NCBI RefSeq assembly: GCF_964355755.1
Contig: NC_092670.1
Location: forward strand, 5,260,201 to 5,324,200
Origin: Antedon mediterranea
Lineage: Eukaryota; Animalia; Echinodermata
Direction of reading: 5' to 3'
Length of the DNA: 64,000 nucleotides
The number at the start of each line of letters is the position of its first letter. Positions within the stretch are counted from its first letter, which is position 1. The notes beneath the pieces were generated by a model that saw nothing but the letters and a program-made list of their open reading frames with translations, made no database searches and was not told the DNA's origin. Both the position numbers and the translations under genes were made by a program. Shown here piece after piece: positions 1 through 13,920 of the stretch.

Positions 1-2299
1 AAAAAAAAAATTGTTTGCATCCGCCCCAGCCCAGTCTCGGAAACATGAATCCATTTAATAGGGTCCTAATGTTATGCGTAATTTGAACGATTCGCACAAA
101 TTGAAATTGCACAACTTTATCACATATTATTTATGAAATTTCTTGTCTAGGCTAGGCCTAGGCCTATATTATTTTAATTTTATGCACTGCATGCTATCAT
201 TACATTCTGTGTAATCAAACTAATGGGTTATGTTTGCATGAAATTTAGATTTCAAGAAAACAAAATGGTTAAACAACCAATAAGAATACTGTACAGTACT
301 GTAGTAGTATATTGCTATAAATTGATTGAATTGCATTTGTACAGTAGCTCAACATTCTGACTTACTGTGCGTACACCGATTATGTAGCAACACTTTTAGT
401 GGTCCAACAATGCCACACACAATTATGTAAAGTCCAGTTTACACTACCTGGATGAATGACAACTTTACATTTCATTACTGTATGTTTCTAATATAGGTAT
501 TTTACATTTGGTTTGAATAGTCTACTAATTGATCACTGAGCCAGCTTTATTATGATGGTTGTAAATTATTCACGTTTTAACATACGCAGAAATAAATTAC
601 CAACAATTGTTTTGTTGTTGGTTTCCAGTCTACTGAAGACGGTTGTACCAGACAACAAATGATACAAACATTTTAAACTATACATTACTAATCTGTATGT
701 CCTTGCATGGTGTATTGGCGCAAACCTAAAACTGTGCTGGTGTTTATTTGCCATGCAAACATTAAAACAATCATTGTTTTTTGGTTACGTCTCTTGACAC
801 AAAAATGAATGTCCAAAATAGTTTTACTATTAATTATAACTGTAGTGTAGTTCAAATGTTGGTTTGGAATGCAGACACCATAAATAAAGACAACACGTTT
901 GATGCCTGATCAAACAGATTAATGAAATTAATGTATCTTTTGTAGTAACAGTGTCTTGTCTTTTGGCTATACAATGTTACAGCTACTTTATAGACACCAA
1001 GCAATTTTATGCAATAAATAGCATTAAACATTCAGTGACTGTGCATTTCATGGATGTACTGTAATTTCCTCATGCTGTAAGGTACCTACCATACAGTGCT
1101 TGAGCAGTGGTATTGCGCATAGGCCAAAGGGCTCTGGTTTTGGAATTTTAAAGAGGCCTTTCAACATTGAGCTGGGAGTCATGAACATGAAGGGCAATGG
1201 CACCTCTGGCCCCCTTTTCAACATGTATGATTACGGTTTAATTATAAAATGTATGCTTTGTAACAAAAAAACTAACCACCTATTAACATAATTTAACCCA
1301 AAAAACAGTATAACTGTATAGTCTCTAACCGAACCCTCTGAAAAACCAGTAACAAAAACCAGTAACACAAACCAGACTCCATGTTTCAATTAACTAAACA
1401 AATCAAAATGTATGATTATTAATATTATTTAAATAATGTTTAAACACATACTGTAAATGTGCTAACATTAACAACATTGTATATTTTATTTTATTTTATT
1501 TTTATTTTATCAGACCACCTTTATTGTTTATTTGATTATTAAATGTACAGTATTAATTTGGTGGTTTTGCACATAATTTTCTTGAGCACTGCTAATGCTA
1601 CTATCCTCATTTTTTTTAATTTCTTTCATTTTCACAGACCACCTTTAATCCTCTCCATCAATCATTCTGCTCTGTGCTTCATCATCCCTTCTTTCTACAT
1701 GCTTGTTGCAGTACTGATGGAAAAAACATACTTTCTTTTTTTTGTATAATAATTCATAATTTTGAAGGCTACTGATATCTTGAAATCTAATAATATCTTA
1801 TGCAAGGATTTATATCATCTTTTACACAATGTGAACCTTTACTGATTAATACATAACCTGAGTTAAATTTGGTGACAACATATAGACATTATAAGGGATA
1901 AGATATTCATTGTCTGTCCTGTTTAAATAAAGAAAATGATTATTAGTGTCTGTAGAATTCTGAAACAGTCATTAACTGAAAGCAGTCACGTAGTAACAAC
2001 ATTAAATTAAATCTAGTATGCTTGCGAGTTTCTTGACCCTTTTTCGTTGTCCTCTGCTACTAGAGATTACGTCTGCCGCGAGGAATTGTTGATGTAGCGA
2101 GGAATGAGATTATGTCTAGTATTATTTTGAGGTTTGACAACGTGGAATAAAAAATCGACACAATTTTGTTTGCGCATGTGTGCTATTCAAAGACACATTT
2201 TGTTTGAACAGTTTACTAATGCAGAATGTAAATACTGTAGAAGAATCATACCTGTAATATATTTCGGAGTTCAAAATTAAGATACTGTGTAAATTCAGC

Positions 2300-2315
2300 A
2301 TGTTCCTGATACCAG
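2300..2315 (+). CDS. TMCC: Candidate alternative first coding exon of TMCC (MFLIP, phase 1)
   Basis: ATG TTC CTG ATA CCA G|GTAGG; phase 1 joins exon 22514 in frame; CpG-containing stretch and a TGCGCATG motif upstream at about 2000-2180. Confidence 0.5.
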
Positions 2316-2523
2316 GTAGGTTAAATGAAGTTTATTTTGCAACAAAATATAATTTAATTTAATACATTAGTTTATAGACAATTTTTTATTTCATTAGGAA
2401 TTCTCTATTTAGCATGTCAATGGTCAACATGGGCATCCCCACCCCATCCCACTTTTTTTCCTGCTCACACACACATCTTTCCAAACGTCTTTAAAATAGT
2501 TGACACTTTGTACAGGAGACATG

Positions 2524-2578
2524 ACCCAGGAGATGGGACCCAGGAGATGGGACCCCAGGAGATGGGACCCCAGGAGAC
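2524..2578 (+). repeat. Minisatellite, 14-15-bp unit
   Basis: (GACCC(C)AGGAGATGG) about 4 copies. Confidence 0.85.
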
Positions 2579-5272
2579 AACAATAACTAATTGTTTTCAC
2601 TTGTGTCTAATAGTACTGTAGAATAGAGAATTTTAATTTACCCAATAATTTATAGTAGTTTACAGCAAACTGGGTCACTTTTGTTTATTATCAACCTGCA
2701 TGTTCATGACACAAAGCAAATAAACAAAATAGGAGTAATTTCTGTGCTTAATTCCTCTATTTGTCCAGTATTGAAAAGTCCTATAAAAAGTAACTGTACC
2801 TATTTGACTGATCTTAAAAAAACATGTCAAGGGTCAAGTACAGTACTGTAAACTTGTATTTCTAAAAACTAGTAAAATTCATATAAAACTGTACAACAGA
2901 TACCATAATTATACTTTATAGTTCACTCAAAATAATCAACATTAATTTCCTTCTACTGGTAGTACTATGAAAATAACCTATAAAAAGTTCTAAACAGAAT
3001 TAAAAGTGTTTTTTTACCTGACAAAAGAGTGTACAGTACCGTAACAGTACGTATCGAGAACAGTGTATTTCCTCAATGCTAGTGATACAAAAGATGTTGG
3101 ATTTAAAGTGTTTATTTTTTACCACACTGGAAATACCCAAGAAAGGTTTCAATTATCCAGGATTATCACTGCAGTATCAGATTTTTATCTCAAAGTGATA
3201 CAGTAGAGAATACTATACCATTTTCTGAAATGATGTCCAGAATATTTAGTTACTAGAGCAGTGCAAATGCCGAATGCATTGTTTTACAGTAATTACGAAT
3301 TATATTTTTTATTTTCTGATCAAATTTTTATGTATAATAAGTATTAAATTACTCTCACTAACATCTTTACGTCATGACCTAGATAGAAATTGTTTGCAGT
3401 AATGCATGGTCACTAAAATACTTCCACTGATGTCCTACTGTAGCCTAAATTGAATTGGTTGATGCCAACAAATCTTCCCCTCCTCCTTCATTCGCCTACA
3501 GTATGATATTAGGTGTGGGTAGTCACCCTATCTCCTGATCTCTAGCCAAGGGTAGGGGAACAGTTTAACCAGAAAGACCACTACCGTATTAATACTTTTG
3601 ATTTACATTCCACTATAGGCTACAGTTTGCCATAATTGTTTGTGATTTTTACATTCTGGTCCTCTAATACACTACTTTACTGTATAAGCCCACACCATGT
3701 ATTCAATGTTGTATCAAAGAGGGACCCTTCCCACAACACTGTAATAAGTCTTGATATTTTTCGTAGCGATTTTGAAAATGAATAATGATGATGATTTTCA
3801 TGATATTATTAAGATCGATGCTACTAGACCATACTTAAAAGACGTAATACATTTAAAATATATAAGCGGAAACTAAATATTCACAAATACAATTTATACT
3901 GAACTGATAGTTTTTAAAAAATTAATAAAGTAGAAAAACTATTAAAAGGAAATGAAATTAAAGGAAAAGGGCTTGGCTAGTTGGTAATATAATGATAATA
4001 AATATTTACAGTTTATAAAATAATTTTATCACCAAAATTGAAGAAAGAGATTTATTTTAGATTTGTTAATCATTATTATGTCACAATTGATATAATTCCC
4101 ATGCTAATATCATAGCAAGTAATATACATTAATAATTGATTAAATACACTTTTTTTTTCTATTTTTCACTGCTGCATAGTACTGTAAAAGCAAACTATGA
4201 ATCACAATGCTTAACCTATTGAGTCATCTTAGACTATAACTACAGTAATTAACATACTCCTCGTACACTCAATGAATTTCATGGAAATTATCTGATTCTG
4301 TCAGGTTCATGGAATCACTAGTACTACAACTATTATTATGCCAAAGACATTCAAATTTACTCATGTGCGTTTGTTTAAACCAAAAGGTAGGTTCAGGTTA
4401 AGTTTTGAATAAATTCTGCTTTTTATCTTTTCATTTTTTTTCTCTCATATTCAAAGTACAACCATCCATTCCTTCTGTTGTGTTTCTTAATAAATTATTA
4501 CTGCTTTTTTTGTTTTAAACACGTTGATAAAAGCTGAAACTTTATTTTATGTCTAACATTTCCTATTACAGTATAAACATTAACATTAAGAATTAAATTA
4601 CAGTAATAACAAAATATGTACCCATTGTATATAATATTTGTATTAATATTTTGCTTAAATTAATTCTGCCACTTTTTTGCTCAGATTTGGTGGTTGGGTG
4701 TATGTTTTTTCATGTAAATTAATAAATACCGTCCTACAGTATGTAGGTATACCCATCATGGGTATTACCGTATCCCCTATCCAAATTATATAGATGTCCA
4801 TCGCCATTTTGATCTGTTTGTTCACTTTCTCTCTTCCCCCCGCCCCTTTTTTTTCCCTATACCATAATACATTGTACGTTTACTACTACTAACAATTTCA
4901 TTTGTTATTTTCTATTGACTATGGTCAATAAGCTTAATAGGATTACGTTTCCTTTCTGTATACTGTAGCTCATATGTCTAGCACTTAGCCAGGATTTTTA
5001 CAGTGAGGTTCTTTTTTGCCCAAAAAATGGTAAAAATGCAATGTGTAGTAAACAAGATAGATGTCATAAATTAGGCCTATAGACTTACTATTTTGCTGAC
5101 ATACAGTATAACTGGTCTCCCAGAACCAGAACTGGAATCCTACAAATCACCCTCCTCCTCCCCCCCCCCCCCCCCCCTCAATCTCACTACATGCTTAGGT
5201 GGGCCATTGTATCTACTGGAATATGTTTGTTTTTTTTTATTTTTAAAAATTACACTTTATACCATTCCTTAA

Positions 5273-7879
5273 AGTTGTATTGTCCCCCAAAACATGAAAA
5301 ATGAAGATCAATTAAATCAAATTTTGAATAGACCATATTGTAGCTATAATAAAGTTGTTCACTTTCGCCGAAAAAAAATCCGAAAAAAATTATTAATTTC
5401 GCTAAGAAAAAAGCAAAATAAGTTAATCAATTTTCCCAACTTGTCAGCTCAAAATTTAGGCCGATAGAGCTAACTCATAAATATGCATGATATGTTAATG
5501 AGCATCGACACAGCTGGGATCTGATCTAACAAACATGGATGATGCACGTTGTGTACACAACACCCCACAGATCGACGCGACTCGACTGGGGGTTTCCCCT
5601 GATCGTATGTAAAGCTAAGCTGTTAATTTGTCGGTAAGTAGGCCTAGACGGTTATTTTAAATATAATAATTATATATATAACGCAAACTAGACAGACGTT
5701 TGTAATAACAGGAAGGTAATTAATTAACTTAGCCTGGGATTTTTTCAGGGCTAGGCCTAGAATAATACATGCATAGGCCTTAGGCTAGTAGTAGTAGTAG
5801 TAGAGGAGGCAGGCTGCTGGGACAATCGGGTCTCTGCAGAAAATGCCCAGCTAGGCCCTATACATTGTACTCTTCATAGACTGGCCTAGGCTAGGCCATC
5901 AATCCGAAAATACAGCCAGCCTGCTGTACCATATACATAATTTACAGTTGAATCTTGTTTAACTAGTTTTTATGATAAAAATAAAACAAACATTTTTTCA
6001 GGGAAAATGGTTACAATACAACTTACAAGCCTGAAGTTGAGAACCTTCCTCCAGCAGCACTGTACAAGTAGACAGAGGGGAAAAGCCAGCTTAGCCATTT
6101 TACCACACAAACTACTGTTCTTTACCATGTAACTCTGTACTGTAGTAAGTCAAATATTTGTTTTCTCTTTATTAAGTCTTAGTTGTAATGTGTTTTACCA
6201 TAGAAAGTTAGTGTACTTATTTGTCAAAGCAAGCAATTTCACTAGCCCACATTTTGCACTAAATGTGCATGATCTAGACCTATTTATAAATACCAAATTC
6301 CAGGTTTTCGTACTTTGCCGAAATTAAAAACTTTAGATTTTGTGAAATATTTAACTTATTTATACATCATTATTTAAACATTTTTATTTAAAGACGTTGA
6401 GCTGATGAAGACTGGAACAGAGGTCACATTTGTACTTCATAAAGACAACTGATGATAGACTCTGTATATGATTGGATATTGCAAGAAAAATATTTGTGAT
6501 GCTGCATTCGGCCAATATGTTCCTGTTCAGCTTGTAAAATGTTGTACAGTATAATTTTTTTTATAAAGCAATAATATTTGTACAGTATATTATTTTGTAA
6601 ACATAACATTCAATAAATAAAAAATACTACTACAACAGTACACAGAATAAATTCTTCAATTTTACTTACACTTCATAATGTTACTGTAAATATTACATTG
6701 CAAAAGGAGTTAATAAAAAATATATATAGGCCTAGGCCTATATACAGTTACAGTATATCTTATTGAATTCCTGTATTGTTTTTTGTGTCAATTTGTCTAC
6801 TAATATCAATGTGTTGATTGTGGCAGTAATTACGGCAGCTATAGTCTTCTAAGATCGCTCATATCCATTACAAAGTGTCATTTTAATAGTAAGAAATGTT
6901 TCAATAAATTGTGAATGTTGCCGATACATTTTGTGTTTCTCACTACTTCACTTGCTCTTATTGTTCAATCAATGTTAATACCTGAAAAAAAAGAAGAAAA
7001 TTGTGTCAAATATCTGCATAAAATGGTTAATTGTGCAAATGTTGATTTGAACCTATTGCATTTGATGCAGAAAATATTTTTAAAATACTGTACAGTAAAC
7101 ATTCAAAACAATATTTAGATTTATTTGGTAATTTTCTCTGCAGAATAGATAGTTGAAATCCTAACAAATTAAACCAATTTATCAGGATGCCAAACAAAAT
7201 TATAAAAAAAAAATACATCCCTCCTGGTGGTGGTCTAGCCCTAGCTAGTAGTGTACTGCCTAGCCTAGGCCTACTACCTCTACTTATAGAAACAGGAGGC
7301 AGCAGTAAGGCTACTCGAGACTGCCTGCCATGTGGTTGTGCTAGTTAGTACTAGGCCTACTAGTATGTAGTAGACTAGTATACAGTAGCAGAAAACTCGG
7401 GCCTAGGGCCTAGGCCTAGCTAGGCCTCTCCTGCTAGCGAAACAAAAACTCACCTAAATGAATAAGATTCAACATCAAAGTTACCAACTGCAGTTCTACT
7501 TAGTATTCTGCTAGCTATAGTTTTCGTGTTTTCTTCAAGATCGTCTCGCGTCACTACTCGACTCTCTCTATGCATTGCTATCGTCGCGCGTTGTTGGCTG
7601 TTTGTTGAGAGAACCATCATCCACAAGATGTATCCATACAATATGAATATTTATGAGCTAACTCAGGTCAAGGGTTAAATTAAACCGGAACACGTTTGTC
7701 TTCCAGACAAATAGCTTCCGGTTGGTTAATTTTTGCTTTAAATTACGATTTTCTCGAGTAAAACATTTTTTTTTTCGATCCAATTTCAGTTCAAAGTGAA
7801 TAACTTTTATGTGCAATTAAAATGGCCTATTCAACAAAAATATTTAAAAAAAAAATGTTTTCAGGGGGACAATACATCT
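5273..7879. mobile_element. Non-autonomous Kolobok-type DNA transposon (2.6 kb)
   Basis: TTAA|AGTTGTATTGTCCCC ... GGGGACAATACATCT|TTAA: TTAA TSD with AG...CT termini. Imperfect TIR similarity extends about 100-200 bp (AAAGTTxTTCACTTT; CTCATAAATATxCAT). No transposase ORF. Confidence 0.8.
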
Positions 7880-9217
7880 TTAATGTAATTAAAAATTAAT
7901 ATTTCTTATAGTATATTTAAACACTGCCCTCTATTAAGGTGGTAGTGAATTCAAATAATTTAGTGCAAATTTGTTATAAACATACTTGCTATACAGTAGT
8001 AACAAGGTCGATGATAATTGTTTTTATTAATGTCATAAATAATTATGATTTATTATGTGTCACAAATGTTATGACCTGATAAAGTTGACGCCTTACATTT
8101 TGACATCAGAAATACCATATTATACTTATAGTTACTGCAATTTGTTTTGTATACACCGTTAGTATTGATGGTACAGAGTACTTTTATAAGGTGAACTGAC
8201 TGCACTGTAATAGTTGTGAATAAACAGGCTGCTTGGTCAGTAGAGCGGTCAAGATGTTACTTGGTCAAATGTATTGATTTTTACTACAGAACAGGTATGT
8301 CTCTGCAGAGCTAACAGTATTAGTAAGATTAGGTAAGATCTCAAATTACTCAGAAGACATTAATTATTAGATTCAATTTTTAACTATCGATATTATGTTC
8401 AGTAGAAGGTAAAAGGTGAAGCCTAGACCTATATTTTTATTCTAAATGTAGGATAATGAGGTCTGTTTTGAAGCTCATTGTACAGCCTCTGCAACATGCA
8501 CAGTATGTGACAGAGTGGCCAGTTTTTTTTTAATTAGGAACCAAACAGCTGAGTGGACTATTGGAAGTTGATCATATCAGGAATTGAACCCAAGTCTTTC
8601 TGTGTGAAGTCTTAAGTCTTGTATAGATTGACTTTTATATTATCCTTTTGAATAATTCTACAGCTCAGAGTCAGATAACATTTGTTTGAATATGAACTTT
8701 ACTGTATCATCATGCACTTTTCCTAATGATATAAGCAATATGGTAAAGGCAGATCTTAAACCGATGCCTCTCACATGTTGGTCAATTTTTCTTTTTAATA
8801 TTCCACTCTCTTCCTGCTAGTATTAGGCCTACATTACAACATCTACTGTGTGGCCGCCTAGAATTCATCTGTCTGACCTTTGATTGAGTTTTTGTATTTT
8901 ATTTTATTTTTTCTTTTCTGTTTATTATATTGATAATATGATGTTTTAATGGTTTTGTAGCTTATTGTTTGCATATTAGATCTAAAATGCTATTAAAAGT
9001 ACAAGAGCTGTATATTTTACTAGCCTACTGTATATTATTAAGATTAGATACACGTAGACAGATTAATGAAGAGAATAGGGGCATGTACTGTACAGTAGTA
9101 CTTAGATCATTAGTTGGTTATGTTTTTATTATAGGCCTAGTACACTTTCTATTCAACAATCCAATGGAAACTACTAATTCTGTCTAAGAATAAATTAGGT
9201 CGTCCTGAAGCTACAGT

Positions 9218-9263
9218 ATGATTATTTGTAGATTCAAAGAAACAAACAAAACAGCTACAGAAA
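9218..9263 (+). CDS. TMCC: Candidate alternative first coding exon of TMCC (MIICRFKETNKTATE, phase 1)
   Basis: ATG at 9218, open to a strong donor AAA|GTGAGT; phase 1 is compatible with exon 22514. Confidence 0.4.
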
Positions 9264-10601
9264 GTGAGTAAGAAGCTTCAAAGAGTTAACACATTATTGA
9301 TGACCTGACATGAGCTGTGATCAATATTAGCCCCTCCAGTAAGCAACCTGTTTATCTGTTGGGTATAATTAACAATAACTAATCAATTAACAATTATATT
9401 GATTGATTGATTGATTGATAATTTACTTCTAAGTGTTCTCAAGGCTCCAATCATTGATTTTATAACAAATAAAAAATGCCCAGAGAAAAAACTGGAGCCT
9501 GGCAGACAGTTGTTTCTTAGTGTGCTCGGACAACGTACAGTATGACTGGTTCTGTAAATATTGCACTTTAGTGTGAGGCATACAAGTTGATGGATTTGTC
9601 ACAAATTAGCAATGTAAGTAAACAATAAAGTTAGTAAACAATGAATAATAAATGTAGATTGTAATCAATAAATTAAGCAAATTATCATGTGATCTGCTGT
9701 ACAGTATAACATTAAGGTGTTTTCCTTTCTTTTAACATTTAATTACCTATGGCTGTTTTTTTATTGCTCCTTCTCTGTGGAAATATTTCGCCAAGTACTT
9801 CACTTTCATTTATATTGTCAACCAACTGGATTTAAATGATTATATCTTGGGTTTTAATTGTCCATGATAGAACACACCCTACTGTTTGCTTTTGCTTTCG
9901 GGTCATTCCATACCAAATCACCCAAAAAAAATGACATTTTAAACCCTACTTTCTTCAAATTTGCTCAAATTTGGTTTTTGGGTTATTTTTAGCCAAAAAA
10001 CCTGAAATTTTTAATTTGAGCGCCATACGACCAACGGTTCGCGCGCTACGCGCCGTCGTTTCTTTGCGATTTTGCGCAAAATCGACGCGGCGGGCTATAC
10101 TTAAATGACCGTATCTCCGTAACGTGTGGACCGATTTTGTTGTGACAGGTATCGTTGGAAACCTAATTGTTAAAGCTATCCAAATCTTCTATTTACTTTT
10201 GAGATAGAACTATTTAAAAGATGTATAACTTATTCTATTCCATTTGACCTAGGATTTGACCTTGTGGGACAAATTTTTTTTAGATGAAATTTTGTGAAAA
10301 TTATCTCCTACATGATATTTACATAATATAAAAAAATTGGAGATATATTATTTTTTGTTTGCTTTCTAGCTCATTTCAAAGTTGGCTTACTTCAACAATT
10401 CTGGTATTTCTATACAGTGTAGATGTATTGTCGACATTATCACTACCAAATTTACCTCTTAATACTATGGGTGTCACTGTCAGATTATTTAAGACTATAA
10501 CAATGCTTTAATTATATTTTCATGCTCCATAAAAAATAATTATTACTTAGGTAAACATCTGTACACCATTTGACTACCCCATTTGGTTAGCCAAGGATGT
10601 A

Positions 10602-12658
10602 CAGTACCGGACAGAATTATTGCAGATTTTGAACGCATTCAACGCATTGTTAAAGTGTTGACAACGCGTTGAAACTGCGTTGTCCGTTGGCGTTGAAAGT
10701 GTTGAGTTCGTTGAACTGTTTATTCAACCAACACAATGTGTTGCGTTGAGTTTGCGTTGAAATAACGAACAATCGGATTCGTATGGTATTTACAGATTGC
10801 CAGTGTGTATTAGTAGTAGTAGTAATAGTATAAAATACAGTATTACAAATATTTAAGAAAACAAACATAATGTGTATTTTTCCGCGGAAACCTAGCTTAA
10901 TATATTACACTAGGCTAGGCCTACTACTAACGAGTAGGCCCCGTGTGTATATGAGCCGCGTCTGCCATCGCAGTTAGAAGTAGTGGTCATGTCCTTAATT
11001 ACTGTGTGCCTATATTAACTGGAGTATTAAATACCAAAGTTAAGGCGGCGGTGAATCTTGGAGGCTAGGTCACATCGTAATTAATTATTTCCAAACTAAA
11101 AACTTCGCAGTACTGTACTACATTTTTCTCGATTTATAAAAACAGCGTAAAAACAACGTAGCCTACACCCGCCGCCATGGAAGGCAACAATACACCACAA
11201 ACATAACGATCCAGCATGGTCGTTCGTCGTCTTTTTCACGCATGCTTTTCGTGACGTGAGGGACGAACTGATCGAAAGGTGAAGAGTTCATTCATTATGA
11301 AATAACGCGTAATTAAAAGGGAAAAAATCGTTTAGTTTTATTATTATCCATAAATATATCATTATCATGTATTATATTATAAATTAATTATTGTGATGCC
11401 TAACGTAACCCATGCAGAGAAAAGCGTTAAATATAATAACCAAGAAATAGGAATGACCAATTTGATGACAATAGGCAATGTTAGGCGTTTTCTTTAAAAT
11501 CAAAACCTGTGCCATACCATATTATTCACGCCAAGGTGTAACCCACAAATATTTGAATAACCAAACAATTCAGAATAAAGAACCACTTTATTCTGATGCA
11601 AGACAATCTATTATTACAGGCGAGGTTTAGGCGTTTTCTCTTTAACATACTATTGTTTTGTTTCTTAATATATTGGCCTCCTCCTGAAACGGTATGAATG
11701 GGATGGGAGTTGCGAGAATATGCGAGCGAACAGCCAACATTTTAATCAGTTTACAGTGTTATGCTTTTCAAAACGCGCAACGTTTTCAACGCGTTCAACG
11801 CTATGGGATTCAATTGTTTAACGTCGTCAATGAACGGTCAACGGGTTCAACACATTCAACACGCTCTATTGTTAACGTATTCAAAACGCTTTTTGTACTT
11901 AAAAATGTAATGTTGTTCGATTTATAAAGATTTAAATTGGTTCATGGGTTTCGGACACGTCAAATTTTTTAGTTCTTTCAAATTACATTACAACAAACAA
12001 TGGGACAATTATAAAATAAAAACCAAAATAGAGAAACAATATTTTAACTTTATCTCTTGAATCTCGAACAGCTAAAAAATGTAGGCCTAAATAAAATTAA
12101 TTACTTCGTCGTCATTAACGATCGTTAAATACGTCATAACACACGTGGTGTTTTTCTTGAGGAAACCAGGGTGGCGGCCTCGTGTGTTGATGTCAGTAAT
12201 TTCCACGTTGTTTGATTTTACGACGTGAGATCGTGTTTTCCCCCGGAAGGCCTACAGTACAGTGTTAACTGTTAGACTTGGCATCGACCTTATTATTCGA
12301 TGTTTTCCTTCACTAAACACTGGGAAATATCACTGTGTGTTTTATTTGGTAACTGTCCGTTCAATACTTAAAAATATATCTAAGCTTCATATATATTTTA
12401 TTTATATTAAAATATCTGGTAGTGACTGCCGATAGGTATTTTGCCTGTTGTTGTTACTGATCGTTCAGGCGTGCAATCGGCCAGTCTAGTGCTGCAGCAG
12501 CTAGCGTTGAAATAACTAATTGTTTACTTGACATGCTGATAATGACTTTCGTTGAATAAACAACTAAACGTTGAAAGCCGTTCAACGCAACGCAAACACA
12601 ACGCAACGACAACGTGTTGAATGCGTTGGGATTTTTGCAATAATTCTGTCCTGTACTG
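10602..12658. mobile_element. Tc1/mariner-like non-autonomous element nested in the left arm of the foldback element
   Basis: TA|CAGTACCGGACAGAATTATTGCA ... TGCAATAATTCTGTCCTGTACTG|TA; weaker similarity continues (AACGCATTCAAC). No transposase ORF. Confidence 0.8.
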
Positions 12659-12840
12659 TACCATTAGTTTATGGCACTCTTTTCACACTTTCAAGCAAAT
12701 TGAATCTTGAATTTTTTTTGTTTGATGATATAAACTTTGAAAACATTGATTGTTCTTTGCTGTTCATCATTATTTTTACATTTTTGTTCATTGTATTTTG
12801 TTCACTTTTTTCTTCACTCATAATTAGGCTATTACGTTAT

Positions 12841-13920
12841 AAACGGCATGGACCGGGGTGACGATACGTGGGTTGGGGCAAGTAGGGTCCAGTCATTTCA
12901 AGTAAAAATACCACTTGCCCCGGTCCATGCCGTCTAGCTGCCATTTTATGCAATTTTAAAACATTACTACAATTTTAACATTTTTATAAAAAATGCAATA
13001 AAACTGCATAAATTTATAGGGCTATAATTACGTTATAAAACGGCATGGACCGGGGTGACGATACATGGGTTGGGGCAAGTAGGGTCCAGTTATTGCATAA
13101 AAATACCACTTGCCCTGGTCCATGCCGTCTAGCTGCCATTTTATGCAATTTTAAAACGTTACTACAATTTAAATTTTTTTAATAAAAAATGCAATATGCC
13201 ATGATATATAGGGCTATAATTACATTATAAACGGCATGGACCGGGGTGATGATACATGGGTTAGGGCAAGTAGGGTCCACTCATTTCAGAAAAATACCAC
13301 TTGCCCCGGTCCATGCCGTCTAGCTGCCATTTTATGCAATTTTAAAACATTACTACAATTTTAACATTTTTATAAAAAAATGCAATATAACCACATAAAT
13401 TTATAGGGCTATAATTATGTTATAAAACGGCATGAACCGGGGTGACGATACATTGGTTGAGTGGTAATTTTATGCATTGACTACTACTACTTGCCATAAC
13501 CAATGTATCGTCACCCCGGTCCATGCCGTTTATAACGTAATTATAGCCTTATAAATCATGTGGTTATATTGCATTTTTTACAAAAACGTAAAATTGTAGT
13601 AATGTTTTAAAATTGCATAAAATGGCAGCTAGACGGCATGGACCAGGGCAAGTGGTATTTTTATGCAATGACTGGACCCTACTTGCCCCAACCCATGTAT
13701 CGTCACCCCAGTCCATGCCGTTTTATAACGTAATTATAGCCCTATAAATTTATGCGGTTATATTGCATTTTTTATAAAAATGTTAAAATTGTAGTAATGT
13801 TTTAAAATTGCATAAAATGGCAGCTAGACAGCATGGACCGGGGCAAGTGGTATTTTTACTTGAAATGACTGCACCCTACTTGCCCCAACCTACGTATCGT
13901 CACCCCGGTCCATGCCGTTT
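12841..13920. repeat. About 195-bp tandem units arranged as an inverted array around a centre near 13460-13497
   Basis: Unit heads AAACGGCATGGACCGGGGTGACGATAC at about 12841, 13038, 13229 and 13425; reverse-complement heads ending at about 13531, 13724 and 13920. Confidence 0.9.

Noticed and set aside
7450-7641. 63-aa minus ORF ending NFDVESYSFR as a KolX or transposase remnant
   Set aside because: There is only a vague likeness to a PYxFEP-type motif, and the downstream exon has stops. It is not supportable as a CDS.
11171-11206. Perfect Kozak GCCGCCATGG inside the Tc1-like insert
   Set aside because: The frames on both strands close within 10-15 codons.
12841-13920. Regularly spaced GC-rich palindromic repeats resembling a CRISPR array
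   Set aside because: The intervening sequences are copies of each other rather than unique spacers. The period is about 195 bp, the array inverts at its centre, no cas genes are present and the context is eukaryotic.
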